Positions 1-10,508 are shown, counted from the first letter of the stretch. The stretch: DNA of 64,000 nucleotides from Cyanobacteria bacterium J06626_4 (GCA_038523235.1 JBCBJQ010000017.1:21637-85636), one strand, 5' to 3'. Numbers and translations: made by a program. The notes: generated by a model not told the origin, from the letters alone.

Positions 1-1
1 A

Positions 2-208
2 CAGGCCCGGCAGCAGCGTTCGACCACCCCATGGATCGGGGTGGGGATCTTGCCGCCCCATGTTGTTGCCGCAGACGAGACCTACGCGGCCAACTATGCC
101 GCCGGTTTAAGGGCCGCCGGGGCCAGTCTGGTATTGCCGGGCCTCAAAGCCCTGACTCCAGATCGCATTCAACAGCTGATCAACGGCTTGCCGCCCGCTC
201 AGCCATGA
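2..208 (+). CDS. C-terminal fragment of a gene running in from the left edge, probably a cyanobacterial HAD-superfamily hydrolase (TIGR01548-like)
   Basis: Own translation of frame 2: QARQQRSTTPWIGVGILPPHVVAADETYAANYAAGLRAAGASLVLP..., stop TGA at 206-208. WIGVGILPPH resembles the C-terminus of this family (from memory). Confidence 0.5.
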   Translation, partial: QARQQRSTTPWIGVGILPPHVVAADETYAANYAAGLRAAGASLVLPGLKALTPDRIQQLINGLPPAQP

Positions 209-349
209 CCTGGCAAGACGACTGTGCCAGACACGTCGCTGCCGCTGCTCCCGCTCAGCCGGGACTCCCTGCACGGGGTGATTTCATGGCGGTTCTCCTC
301 GGCGATCGCTCCGGCTGAGGTCATCGAGACCCGGTGCTCAATCGCTGCC

Positions 350-1057
350 TCAAGGCGATGACTCTGGCGGGGTTTGTTCAGCTTGCTGACGGGCGATCAT
401 CTCCTGCTGGAGCTGGGCTTTAACGTGGGCTAGTTCGGTGGTGCAAGTTGTCAATCGCCGCTCTGATTCATCATAGGCGGCCCGGAGTTGTTGGGTGGTT
501 TGCTCACGTTGGGTGATATTTCTCAGCAACCATAGTACTGCTGCCTCAGTCTGCTGATGGCGAGCACTCGTTAACCAAGCCGTCGAGACCGACACCACAA
601 TCGGAGTGGCTGCCGGCTCTGCTAAGGTGACTTGCCAATCTTGCTGATGTTTCGGATGAGTCAACTGGGTCAAGACTTGCGGGCGATCGGCTGCATCAAT
701 CAAGACGACGAGAGGCTTGCCGATTAAAACTTCTCTCGATGTGGAGAAAAGACTGGTGGCGGCCCGATTAACCCAGTGAATCAAACCTTCATGATTAGTC
801 ACCAAATAGGCATCGGGGGCCAGTTCAAATAATGTGCGATAGCGCTGTCGCTCTTCTTCGATCGCCAACCGAGTGGCTGATAGCTCAATATTTTGCTGTC
901 GAATTTCTTCATCAGCGGTGTGCAGCTCTTCCAGCACAAAGTAGAGATCACTCAGAGCGGCTTCAAGTAATTCTGGCGAAGCTGGTGAACGGGTCGCTTT
1001 GTCACGCAAGCGTAAGGCTCGTTCATAGACCGCTTCAATTTGTTGGGTGATCCCCAT
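350..1057 (-). CDS. PAS-domain protein (coiled coil-PAS-coiled coil) with no kinase or output domain
   Basis: RYRTLFELAPDAYLVTNHEGLIHWVNRAA PAS start and LRNITQR PAC end, flanked by coiled coils; no H-box. Confidence 0.8.
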   Translation of the reverse strand: MGITQQIEAVYERALRLRDKATRSPASPELLEAALSDLYFVLEELHTADEEIRQQNIELSATRLAIEEERQRYRTLFELAPDAYLVTNHEGLIHWVNRAATSLFSTSREVLIGKPLVVLIDAADRPQVLTQLTHPKHQQDWQVTLAEPAATPIVVSVSTAWLTSARHQQTEAAVLWLLRNITQREQTTQQLRAAYDESERRLTTCTTELAHVKAQLQQEMIARQQAEQTPPESSP

Positions 1058-3142
1058 AAAACCTCAGAAGCTATGTGCTGTGGATAGTGAGCATGGCCAT
1101 TGGGGTGGTCAGCCGTCAAGCTGTGACTGCAGGGTGCTGGGTCGAATGGCCGCTCGCCTGGCGAGTCCGTACGGCTTCTCCTCACTATAGGGGCAAAGTT
1201 CTGACGGCGGGTGACGACAGGATGGCATCATACGGCAACTGTCAAACGACCTTGCCAGTCTTGCTATTCGCCTTGCGCCTTAGTGCCCCAGCCATTGGTC
1301 ATCGTCGATAAATTGGCCGCAGTCGATCAGCCGTTGAGGGGCCGCTTGTCTAAATGCTGCCTGATGGCATGGGGCCCCACCCGGTGAGCGATCGACCCAT
1401 CACTACCCGTCATCACGGCTCGGGAGGCAACTCTTCGATCGCGATCAAAATTAGGTCGTCATCATGTTGCCGAGCCAAGGTACAGGCATTGAGCACCATG
1501 GTTTTTGGGCCAATGTGCTCAAAGTTATGAGTGACTTGAAAGTCAGTCAGTCGTTGCTGCTGCGGCAAAATCTCTTGGAGCAGCGATCGCAGCTGTGGAC
1601 TATTCCACTGACCGTTGCCCAGTTCAAAAATTATCCGATTTTCTGTTTCATTCGGGTTGACCTGAAAGAGCTGATAAAACTGCTCATTTGCCGTCACGAC
1701 CCGAAATTCGTGGGTCAGCACGACCAACGCCTCGCGCACGGTCTGCACAATGCCCTCGGCAAAATCCCGCGCCGCCCGCAGCTGCTCGGTGTTGCGTTTG
1801 AGCCGATCAATATCGATCAAAACGACGACTGCGCCATCAATACGGTTGTCTAACGTGCGATAGGGGCGAATCTGCAGCTCGTACCACAGCTCATTTTGTC
1901 CTTGAATCTCTTGCGACGTTTGGGTGAGCGGATCAATCACCGCCAGAATCTGCTGCTCTAAATCAGCGATCGCCAGCCGATGATTGATGTCGCCTAGGGG
2001 CCGACCAATATCACTGGCAATTAGGTTAAAGAGCTGGGCTGCGGCTGGGGTAAAGCGGCGAATGCGTAAGTCGCTGCCCAGCATCAGAACCGGCACGTTG
2101 ATGCTGTTGAGCAAATTTTGAAAGTTATCGGTAATGCGTGTGGCTTCGGCATTGCGGCGATATAACTCATCGTTGATGGTGCCGAGCTCTTCATTGGTCG
2201 CCTGAATCTCTTCTTTGGCGGTCTGCAGTTCTTCATTGGTGCTCTGCAGCTCTTCGTTACTAGAGAGGATTTCTTCATTTGCTGCGCGTAAATCTTGATT
2301 GGCAAACTCCCGCTCGCGAATAATCGATTGCAAATGCGATCGCGTGGTTTCAAGATCCTGCTGCAGCCGTTCCATCTCTTGACGATACCGTTTGATTTCT
2401 GGCGGCTCAGCGACCCAATCATCGTCAGCGGGGATGAGAGCCGCCACTGGCGTTTCGAGCGCCATGGCTTCAAACAGTACGAGATAAAAGGTGTCAGTGT
2501 TGTCGAGATTAAAGGGAATCACATCTAGCCGAACGCGCTGGCGATCGCCCGCCTGCAGGATCACTGATTCGCGACTGGCGGGCTGACCGGACTGTTCTGC
2601 CTGATAGATCACCGTGCGGAGATCTAAGCGCAAAGGTTCTTTCGTCATGGTGAGCAGATTGAGACTGGCCCGTCCCGGTTCCGGTTCTAAATAGATCCCG
2701 GTTTGGCCTTTAAACTGCACAATCTCTAACTTGGCATCGACGACCACCCCAGTCGGCTGATAGCGCTGCAAAATGGCTGCCGTGGTGGCCGCCTCTAGGT
2801 CAATATCTTGAGCAGCTCTGGCGGGTCGCACAAGGGGCGACGGCAATACTGGGCGTGTAGGGCTGCTTTGCTCAAACTCGAGCGGCAGCCGCAACGACAA
2901 CGATTGTTTGGCATAGAGCTTGTGCTTACGGTTGACCAGCGAAAATAAATCACTGGAGTCTCCCACCGTTTCGGATGATCCCAGTATCAAAAAGCCATCG
3001 GGTCTTAGGCCGTAGTGAAACATCGGCAAAACCTTTGCCTGCAGGGCTGACCCAAAGTAAATCAACACGTTGCGGCAGCTCACGAGATCGAGCTGAGAAA
3101 AGGGCGGATCGCTGGTTAAATTTTGGCGGGCAAAAATGTATA

Positions 3143-4449
3143 GGGAAGCGCAAATAAATAAGGTCCCAGTTAATTGGGGACAATCGTGATGTCCCACTTC
3201 GGTAAATGCTCAGAGCGTTGCCACTGCTGTTCATAAGCTTTTAGCTCCTCTTTCGGCACCGTTATCTGCTTCTGGTAGACCCCGTCCACTAACTGGACCA
3301 AGGGCTTGAGTCCATTCCAAGTCATGTTGCTCGCCCACTGCAATGCGGCCTCGACAGTGGTGAGCAAAGCGCCATTCCAATAGTTTTCTAGAGCCGCCCA
3401 ACAGCGTTCAATCGGATTGTATTTGCTGTGATAAGGCGGATAGTAAATGAGATGGACTTTCAGCCCTGTGGTTTGACAGAACTGCGCCATGCGCTTGATG
3501 AACTGGGTGTGATTACTTCTGATGGCGGAACCGCCATCCAAGTCGATAGCGAGTTCCTCCACCTCGGGATAGTCCTGCCGATGCGCTTGCCACCAGGCGA
3601 GCAGACAATCCACGATAAAGTCGCTGGTTTCGGCGGACTGTCCAAAGTAGAGCCACAATTGGCTCCCGAGCACATCGAGAATGCCAAAGGGCACGAAGAC
3701 TGAGTGCCAGTGGTCATCATGGTCGTCCGCTTGGTGAGCGTTGAGCCGACGTGCTTTCCCCCCTTTCGAGAGATTCCCAATTTTGACTTTGGCTTTGCTG
3801 TCAATGGATAGTCTGAGCATCTTCGGGTTGCGGTCGGCGGCTTGGTGGGCGCTCGCCACGTGGGCAAAAATGGCGTCCGTCTCCGGCAGCTTCTTCTGAG
3901 GCTTTACTTTTTGGGTTTTTTTAGCCGATAGCCGAGGCGATTCAGAATACTGCCCATCGTCTGACGGCAGGGTAAGTCCGAGGCCGCATAGCCTTTGTCG
4001 GTGACTAAGGCTTCTAAGACGGCTGCAGCCGTCACTTTGGTGTATCGAAACGGCGTCTTCAGTTGCGGGTCGGCGTGACACTGCTCGGCCAGCAGTTCGT
4101 GAATATCGGCGGCCAATCTCGGCAGCTTGTCTTCCGTCTTTTTAGCGCCTCTTGCGGAGTAGTTGTCGAAGCAGACCCGGCCAGTGCGACGCTCATGCAG
4201 GCCCAGTTGCACCGCTTGGCGTTTCCAGCCTAGGTAGGTTTCAGCTTTGCGCGCCGAGCCCTCAAAGTAGTCTTCCGTCGCTTTGGCCATAAAGGCTCGC
4301 TTCTTCGAGCCAGTCAGTTTCTTCGCGGCGTCCTTCAATGTTGACTGGACTTTCTCATCCAGGGTCACCCCCATTCGCATGGCCCAGCCTCTTGAATGCT
4401 AACCAATAGCCTCTTATATTAACTGGTACTTTATCTGTGAGCGCCTCCC
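3143..4449 (-). mobile_element. ISAzo13-family insertion sequence, 1307 bp
   Basis: Imperfect 32-bp terminal IRs (GGGAAGCGCAAATAAATAAGGTCCCAGTTAAT vs reverse complement of right end GGGAGGCGCTCACAGATAAAGTACCAGTTAAT, 25/32); ATA direct repeat at 3140-3142 and 4450-4452; transposase inside. Confidence 0.92.
3170..4380 (-). CDS. ISAzo13-family DDE transposase in two overlapping ORFs (3904-4380 and the 3170-4081 frame) joined by a -1 frameshift
   Basis: Motifs SIDSKAKVKIG, DLDGG, YYPPYHSKYNPIERCW. A7 run at 3916-3922 (minus strand CTA AAA AAA C) links GYRLKK to TQKVKPQKK. Confidence 0.88.
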
Positions 4450-5794
4450 ATAGCTCGCGCACGGTGGAGTTGACCTGATACCCCTGTTCGACGGCGACAA
4501 AAAAGCGCTGTAACCGGTCGGGAGCGACATCGGCAATCTGCGCCTCGCGATAAATGCCCCGGCGAGCCGTCTCGACCGCCGCTTCGCTGATATCTGTCGC
4601 AAAAATTTGGCTGGGCTGATTAAAGGTCTGATCGGCCAAATACTCTAACCAGCAAATCGCGATGGAATAGGCTTCTTCACCGGTGGAACAACCGGCCACC
4701 CAAATGCGAATGGGGTCGTGGCGATCGCGACCCCGCAGCAAGGCGGGAAACACCTCTGTCTTTAAGGCTTCAAAGGCTTCGGTATCGCGAAAAAAGCTCG
4801 TTACATTAATCAAGATCTCCTGATGGAGCGCTTCGAGTTCGGTCGGTTGCGCCTGCAAATAGCGCTGATATTTGGCTAAGCTCTCTAAGCTATGCAGCGC
4901 CATGCGTCGCGCCATGCGCCGTTGGAGCATTGTGGGTTTGTACTGGGAGAAATCGACCCGAGTTTTCGACCGGAGCAAATTAAGAATTGCCGTAAAGGTA
5001 TCTTGCTCAGCGGTATCGGTCACCACGATATCGCTCAAATTAGCCCCGTTCAGATAGGGATGGCTGCCAATCTCGGCTAGCGTCTGTGCCATCTCCGCCG
5101 GTGCCAAGACAAAATCGACCTGGCTGGTCGCGATCGCCCGGTGGGGCATACTACCGCTTTGCGCTGAGGCGGCTGTTTGGGCTATGGTGATGCCGCCAGC
5201 AGCCTTAATCGCTTCGATGCCTAAGGTGCCATCGTCCCCATTCCCTGACAGCACAATCGCGATCGCCTGATTACCCCGTTCTTGAGCGAGCGATTCAAAG
5301 AAGATGTCGACAACTCGATTGATCACCTCATTGGAGTGGCGGGTCCGCAGCCGCAAAGCCCCCGCCGCGATCGTCATCACCTGATTGGGCGGAATCACAT
5401 AGACCTGATTGGGCGCTACCGCGAGACCGTCAGCCCCCACGCTGAACGGCATCGGAGTTGCCCGCGCCATAATCTCACTCAGGGCACTGGGCTGATTGGG
5501 GTCTAAGTGCTGAATCAGCACAAAGGCCATGACCGTATCAATCGGCAGGTGACTGAGCAACTCCGTAAAGGCTTCCAATCCACCGGCAGAAGCGCCCACC
5601 CCCACGACTGGAAATGACTGTTCAGAATGAGGTTGAGGGCGTACTAACCATCGGTGACCCAGACGTGAGCGTAGAGAACGGTTCAACCGCGTCAGCATGC
5701 TGCAGCACCCTCAATATTGGCTTCTCCTATCAGGCAGATCTCTGGCCCAACCTGAGTCCAGAGGCTAGCGTTGGCGCAGCGCGATCGCGATCAA

Positions 5795-5827
5795 TAAAAA
5801 AGCGAGGCAGACTAACGCTACCTCGCT
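5795..5827 (-). terminator. Rho-independent terminator of the 5863-6255 gene
   Basis: Minus-strand RNA AGCGAGGUAG-loop-CUGCCUCGCU followed by UUUUUAUU, about 35 nt past the stop. Confidence 0.7.
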
Positions 5828-5862
5828 CATTTTTTCATCGATTTTCCGGGCGGCTCTAATCT

Positions 5863-6255
5863 CTACCGTTTTTTAATGTCCTTTGCCATGTTACGGAACA
5901 TATCCATACTGGTGTCAGTGTTAGCAGTTCGACGGGGCGCTTCAGACTTGCTTGCTTGAGGGGTGGACTGAAAAGATGAAGACGATGAGGCAGCTTTCTT
6001 GGGCTGGTTCGCAAGCCCTTTTTCGTCCAATTCGCTCATTTCCATCGCCGAAATTTGCCGAACAGATTCCATCTCTTCAGCACCGCGTTTGCGGGCAAAG
6101 GTGCGCTTAACCACTTTATTCGAGCGCATGTAGTCGATATCGCCAAACGTTTTAGCGTCATCTTCGTTTAAGAAAAAAGCACCCGTTTGCTTGGGTTGGG
6201 CAGCGCGAGTCTGCTGATTTTTGCGGCCAAATAAGCCTCGAATAAAGCCAGTCAT
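5863..6255 (-). CDS. Small hypothetical protein, probably conserved in cyanobacteria
   Basis: 130-aa ORF with an amphipathic N-terminus (GFIRGLFG), a FFLNEDDAKTFGDIDYMR block and C-terminal MDMFRNMAKDI; followed by a terminator. Confidence 0.75.
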   Translation of the reverse strand: MTGFIRGLFGRKNQQTRAAQPKQTGAFFLNEDDAKTFGDIDYMRSNKVVKRTFARKRGAEEMESVRQISAMEMSELDEKGLANQPKKAASSSSSFQSTPQASKSEAPRRTANTDTSMDMFRNMAKDIKKR

Positions 6256-6481
6256 GAACCTTTCCTACGTCTATGAGCGTCGCTTTACTTATCGTAACGT
6301 TAAAGCCTGGCTTATGAAAGTTTTTCTTTCAGCGATCGCAAATTAAATTGGCTTATTTTGACAACCGTTATGAGTTTTACCATTCGACCCCGCAGCAGGG
6401 ACTCTAGCCAATTCTCTCGGCTTGCGGTCACAATACCAGAGGGGCGTTTGCCGCTCCTAAAACCGTCGTTGGGTTGTGCTC

Positions 6482-7981
6482 ATGATGGAATGCATGGTCT
6501 GCTTGCTCTTTCATATTCGGGCCAACTGGGCCTGGCATTTGCTGACGGCACCTGACACCTTTGGCAGCATTGCCTACGAATATGAGAAAAATTCCTATCC
6601 TCGTGCCTTGGCCGATGTGTGGGTCGGTAATGCCCAAGCCGAGGAAGCGCTGGCCTTTTTGCAGCAGCCTGATCCCGAAGCTGCCGAAACCTTCGAGATT
6701 GATCTCTATTCGAGCTTTGTGCTTAAGGGCCAAATTAGAAAGTATTTTGCCTTTGGCGATCAGTTAGATGCTGACTATCGCGATCGCATGTATCGCGCGA
6801 TGGATTGGCTGACTCGCACTGACCCGCTGACCCAAATTGCCAACCCACCGCGCAAATTTTGGTCGAATTCTCAAGACGACTGCACGACGCTGGTCGACTG
6901 CCGCAACACCGATAATCTGCGCGCCATGCGAGAAACTTCGGTCTATCTGATGGCGGAGGAAACCGGCAACGAAGCCACTCGCCAGATTTACAAAGCTCAT
7001 CTGCAGCGCTATGTCTCCACCCTGCTCGATATTGGCATGGGCGAGTGGGATAGCTCGATCTACCACGGTCATACCACAGCGGCCTATCTCAATCTCTATG
7101 ACTTTGCTGTCGATCCAGAGGTCAAGCAACTGGCTGCAGACGCGCTCGACTGGCTCTTTTTTACGGCGGCCTTGAAATACTGGCGGGGCAGCTGGACGTT
7201 TCCGGCTAAACGGGTGGATAGTGATAGCGCCGCTCACTTTTTCTGGCTGTATTTTGGTCAGGGGCCGCCCCCCGAAACCTTAGAAAATGACTGGCTGTAT
7301 GCCCTCACCAGCGACTATCGTCCTCCTGCGTCGGTGTTGCAGCTAGCGCATCGAGCGTTTGCTCGTCCCTTAGAAGTTCGCCGCACTCACCCTCACTATG
7401 AGAACTGGTTGCCGGGTCTCTACGGCCCCGCCTTTTATGAAACGCTCTACCTCGGCCGCACCTATCAGCTCGGTAGTCTGGCGCGGGGTACTGGCGGCGA
7501 CTGGCAAGGCTTCGGCTTAGCTGTCGCTGCGGGCTCTAGTATCGATGAGTTGCAGCTCGAAGCCGCGGGCCCTCACACCATCGCTCAGTACGAAAATCTG
7601 CTGATTTGGCAAGGTGCTGCGTCGCCCGAGCTGACGTTGCCAGTGGGGCGCGTGGATACTGAGTCAGCAGTCACCTTTGTTGAAACGGAACAAACCTGGC
7701 TAGCCCTGCATCCCTTAGCAACTGGGTTTGTTCTAGAAGTGGGGGAATCAGCCACCCACGGCGACTTTGTGGACTTTCGGCAGCAGGTTTTGGCGCGATC
7801 GCGCCTTACCGTAACGGATGACCGGGTGGAATATCAGGGCTCCCAAGGTAAAACCCTGGCGCTGCAGCCCCGAGGAGAGGATTTACCGCAGGTCTGGCGT
7901 GATGGACAGCCCCATGACTGGGCTGCTCATCCTGATATGACTGACCTGTTATCGGTCCTTGAGGGGACCATCCCCCAATGA
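6482..7981 (+). CDS. Uncharacterised protein of about 500 aa; possibly helical toroid plus beta-sandwich (lyase/heparinase II-III-like architecture)
   Basis: Long ORF with an aromatic-rich helical N-half (GMGEWDSSIYHGHTTAAYLNLYDF) and a beta-rich C-half. Start uncertain (6476 or 6482); the function is a guess. Confidence 0.6.
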   Translation: MMECMVCLLFHIRANWAWHLLTAPDTFGSIAYEYEKNSYPRALADVWVGNAQAEEALAFLQQPDPEAAETFEIDLYSSFVLKGQIRKYFAFGDQLDADYRDRMYRAMDWLTRTDPLTQIANPPRKFWSNSQDDCTTLVDCRNTDNLRAMRETSVYLMAEETGNEATRQIYKAHLQRYVSTLLDIGMGEWDSSIYHGHTTAAYLNLYDFAVDPEVKQLAADALDWLFFTAALKYWRGSWTFPAKRVDSDSAAHFFWLYFGQGPPPETLENDWLYALTSDYRPPASVLQLAHRAFARPLEVRRTHPHYENWLPGLYGPAFYETLYLGRTYQLGSLARGTGGDWQGFGLAVAAGSSIDELQLEAAGPHTIAQYENLLIWQGAASPELTLPVGRVDTESAVTFVETEQTWLALHPLATGFVLEVGESATHGDFVDFRQQVLARSRLTVTDDRVEYQGSQGKTLALQPRGEDLPQVWRDGQPHDWAAHPDMTDLLSVLEGTIPQ

Positions 7982-8019
7982 CTGCAGGGGTTTTGCCATC
8001 AAACCTGACAGCCTCGCAG

Positions 8020-8805
8020 TTAGACGGATTTTGCCCGTAAGAGGGCCTGGACCAGCTCTTGAAATCCCTCGACTTCGGCACCCGCGGTGATGAACTGGGG
8101 CTGATGCCGCAGGCGATCGCAGTAGTGTTGCACGTTGGCAACGCCAACGGATACAGGAAACCGTTCCGTCTCGAAAAGGCCTTCATCATTGGGACTATCG
8201 CCCACCGTTACGACCTGATTGGCAGTAATTTTCGGAAACTGCTGCTGCCATACTCGCTGCAGCGCGATGCCTTTATCTTGCGCTGCCAAGCGAATATGGC
8301 ACTGCACCGTACTGTAGGTAAACCCCCAGCCAGCTGCCTGGCAGGTCTGGTTAATCCTGGTCAGATCAGCGGGTGTCAGCTGACCAATATCAAAGGTCCA
8401 GTCGGTGAGGCGAAACTGGTTGTCGGCAGAGGGCTGCAAATCGGGAAAGGTGGCTTGGAGCTGAGCAAAGATGTGCGCCAGGCGATCGCGATGTGGGGCG
8501 ATCTCTGGAATGTCCATCAGCGTTACTGGCTCCCCTGTGTCAGCCGGAATCCAGACACCGCCATTTTCTGCGATTGCCCCAACCACTGGCAGATAGGCCG
8601 CGATGCCCTGCACCCAGCCTGCAGAGCGTCCCGTCACAATGACTGTGGGAATCTCAGATGCGGCCAACTGGGTGAGCGATCGCAAAAGCTCCGGGGTGAA
8701 TTTTCCAGCCTGAGTCAGCGTGCCATCCATATCAGTCGCCACTAACCGAATAGCCGTGAAGGCGGCGGGCGAAGATTCTTGCAGCGGCACCGGAGATTTT
8801 TCCAT
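8020..8805 (-). CDS. HAD-superfamily hydrolase (Cof / sucrose-phosphate-phosphatase-like, subfamily IIB)
   Basis: Motif I ATDMDGTLT, motif II VTGRS, K in DKG, motif IV GDSPNDEG. Confidence 0.88.
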   Translation of the reverse strand: MEKSPVPLQESSPAAFTAIRLVATDMDGTLTQAGKFTPELLRSLTQLAASEIPTVIVTGRSAGWVQGIAAYLPVVGAIAENGGVWIPADTGEPVTLMDIPEIAPHRDRLAHIFAQLQATFPDLQPSADNQFRLTDWTFDIGQLTPADLTRINQTCQAAGWGFTYSTVQCHIRLAAQDKGIALQRVWQQQFPKITANQVVTVGDSPNDEGLFETERFPVSVGVANVQHYCDRLRHQPQFITAGAEVEGFQELVQALLRAKSV

Positions 8806-8846
8806 AAACGTCCTACACTTTGGGGATATTGACAGGATTCAGGGCT

Positions 8847-10508
8847 ATGGCACAGCGTTCTCCCGATCAGCGTAATGATTACTATCTGATTGAAGCGGCT
8901 CGCTCCGGTATTCATAAATCCGTCTTGGCGGCACTGTATGCCACCCAAGGGACTCCTCCCCTAACCGATGGCGAAACCGGTTTAGGCATTGCCCCTGCTA
9001 ACCGCATTCCCCCCGATCAGGTCAATACGTTTCCCGAACAGGTGCAGTATGCCGCCAATACCGTTCGCAGCCTCACCAACCAGCTTATCGCTGAGGGTTG
9101 GCAAGGCAAAGATCTCTGGGATGTCACTGCGGGACGGTATAGCGATCGCTTTTTGCAAGCCGTCGCTGAAGGCTACAGTCCGCCCGTCACCGACGCCGCG
9201 GCAGCGCGGCTAGAGCCCGTCGATGATCAAGCCCTGATCAAGGCTTACTTAGCCGATCTCGCCATCGCTTACAGTGCTGAGCAACTGCCCAAAAACCTGG
9301 CATCCGTCGATCAGGCCCTCTTAGCCTTTGTCGAACGCATTCCTGAAAACTATAGTCGTCTTACCTTTCAGCGCGAGGCCCTGCTCGAAGCCGTGCGGCT
9401 TTGGCGCAAACTTGATACCCATGCAGCGGCGATTGCTACCCTGGTCGAGGTGGATGATACCGGCAATCTCGACGAAGTCCAGTTAGATCAGGCTTTAGTG
9501 GATTTTATCTCGCAGGCCGATCGCTATTTCTCTGGCTATCCCAATCAGCGTGAGGCCTTCATTCGCTTAGTGCAGCTGTGGCGCGAACTTGACTCTCGTG
9601 AGGCAGCCATTCGAGCGCTGGCTGCCACCGATCCCTTCAGCAGCGAAACCAACATTGAAATCATCGATCCGGCCCTGATTGCGTTTGTCCAGCGTCTTCC
9701 TGAGCGCTATCGCGGCCAGGGTGACCAACGCTTTTCTCTGACTGAGGGCTATCGCCTGTGGCAAGGGCTCGACTCACGCACTACGGCCATTCAAGCGCTC
9801 GGGCTCGATCCGCAAGTTTTGGTTAACAGTGCCCAAGATCCGCAAGCCATGGCCGCTGCTGCCACCCAAATCGACCAAGCGCTGCTGACTTTTTGGGCCA
9901 CCGTACCCACCACTTACACTGGCGATGCGGATCAAAGAGAAGCCCTGATTCGGCTGGTGACCCTTTGGCGGCGGTTAGAGGGCCGCATTCCGAGCGTGCA
10001 ATCGCTATTAGCCGACGTGCGCCGGATGGAACGGGCCAACCGCAATGCGGTGGAAGCGATGCCTCCCCCCGTTCCTGCGATGCCACCAGCGCGTCCTCAG
10101 CGCTGGACACCAAGCAATCTGCAGCTGGCCGCCTCGATTTTGCCCAGCGGCAACTTCACCTGGGCTGAGGCGACTCGTGGCGGTGCCCGTCTACCGCCCG
10201 ATCAGGCGACGGTCAACGGTATTGTGAGAATCGCTACCCTGGCTCAAGAGGCCCGCGATCGCATTGGTCGGCCTTTCTTCATCACCAGTTGGTATCGGCC
10301 ACCGGCGGCCAATGCGGCAGCGGGTGGGGCTTCAATGAGTCGACACCTGCTCGGGGATGCGATCGACTTCTACTGTGATGGGCTCACCGGTCGGCAACTG
10401 TATTGGGCGTTAGATCCGTGGTGGCCGGGCGGCCTTGGACGCTACACGCAATTTCCCTACATCTGTCATTTAGATGCCAGGGGCACGCGTTCTCGGTGGA
10501 CGCACTGA
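8847..10508 (+). CDS. Peptidase M15A (D-Ala-D-Ala carboxypeptidase-like) with a long repeat-containing N-terminal region
   Basis: C-terminal ITSWYRP, SRHLLGDAID (SxHxxGxAxD) and HLDARG zinc motifs; ATG 8847 preferred as start. Confidence 0.85.
   Translation: MAQRSPDQRNDYYLIEAARSGIHKSVLAALYATQGTPPLTDGETGLGIAPANRIPPDQVNTFPEQVQYAANTVRSLTNQLIAEGWQGKDLWDVTAGRYSDRFLQAVAEGYSPPVTDAAAARLEPVDDQALIKAYLADLAIAYSAEQLPKNLASVDQALLAFVERIPENYSRLTFQREALLEAVRLWRKLDTHAAAIATLVEVDDTGNLDEVQLDQALVDFISQADRYFSGYPNQREAFIRLVQLWRELDSREAAIRALAATDPFSSETNIEIIDPALIAFVQRLPERYRGQGDQRFSLTEGYRLWQGLDSRTTAIQALGLDPQVLVNSAQDPQAMAAAATQIDQALLTFWATVPTTYTGDADQREALIRLVTLWRRLEGRIPSVQSLLADVRRMERANRNAVEAMPPPVPAMPPARPQRWTPSNLQLAASILPSGNFTWAEATRGGARLPPDQATVNGIVRIATLAQEARDRIGRPFFITSWYRPPAANAAAGGASMSRHLLGDAIDFYCDGLTGRQLYWALDPWWPGGLGRYTQFPYICHLDARGTRSRWTH

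Larger units (their letters stand above)
1413..5698 (-). pseudogene. CheB methylesterase-CheR methyltransferase-PAS fusion (991 aa if reconstructed), interrupted by an IS
   Basis: CheB motifs GASAGG, IQHL, LSGNGDDG; CheR motifs IWVAGCSTGEEAYS and DLVSCRNVLIY; C-terminal coiled coil and PAS domains. Removing 3143-4449 plus one ATA copy restores in-frame ...STVRELYIFARQNL (2976 nt, 992 codons including stop). Confidence 0.9.

Noticed and set aside
31..318. 95-aa plus-strand ORF
   Set aside because: Out of frame with the better frame-2 fragment (2-208); Arg/Cys-rich non-protein-like composition.
1413..3197. 594-aa ORF as an independent gene
   Set aside because: Its first residues are IS end sequence; it is the 3' half of the interrupted cheB-cheR fusion.
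8059..8745. 228-aa plus-strand ORF
   Set aside because: Antisense shadow of the HAD hydrolase gene.
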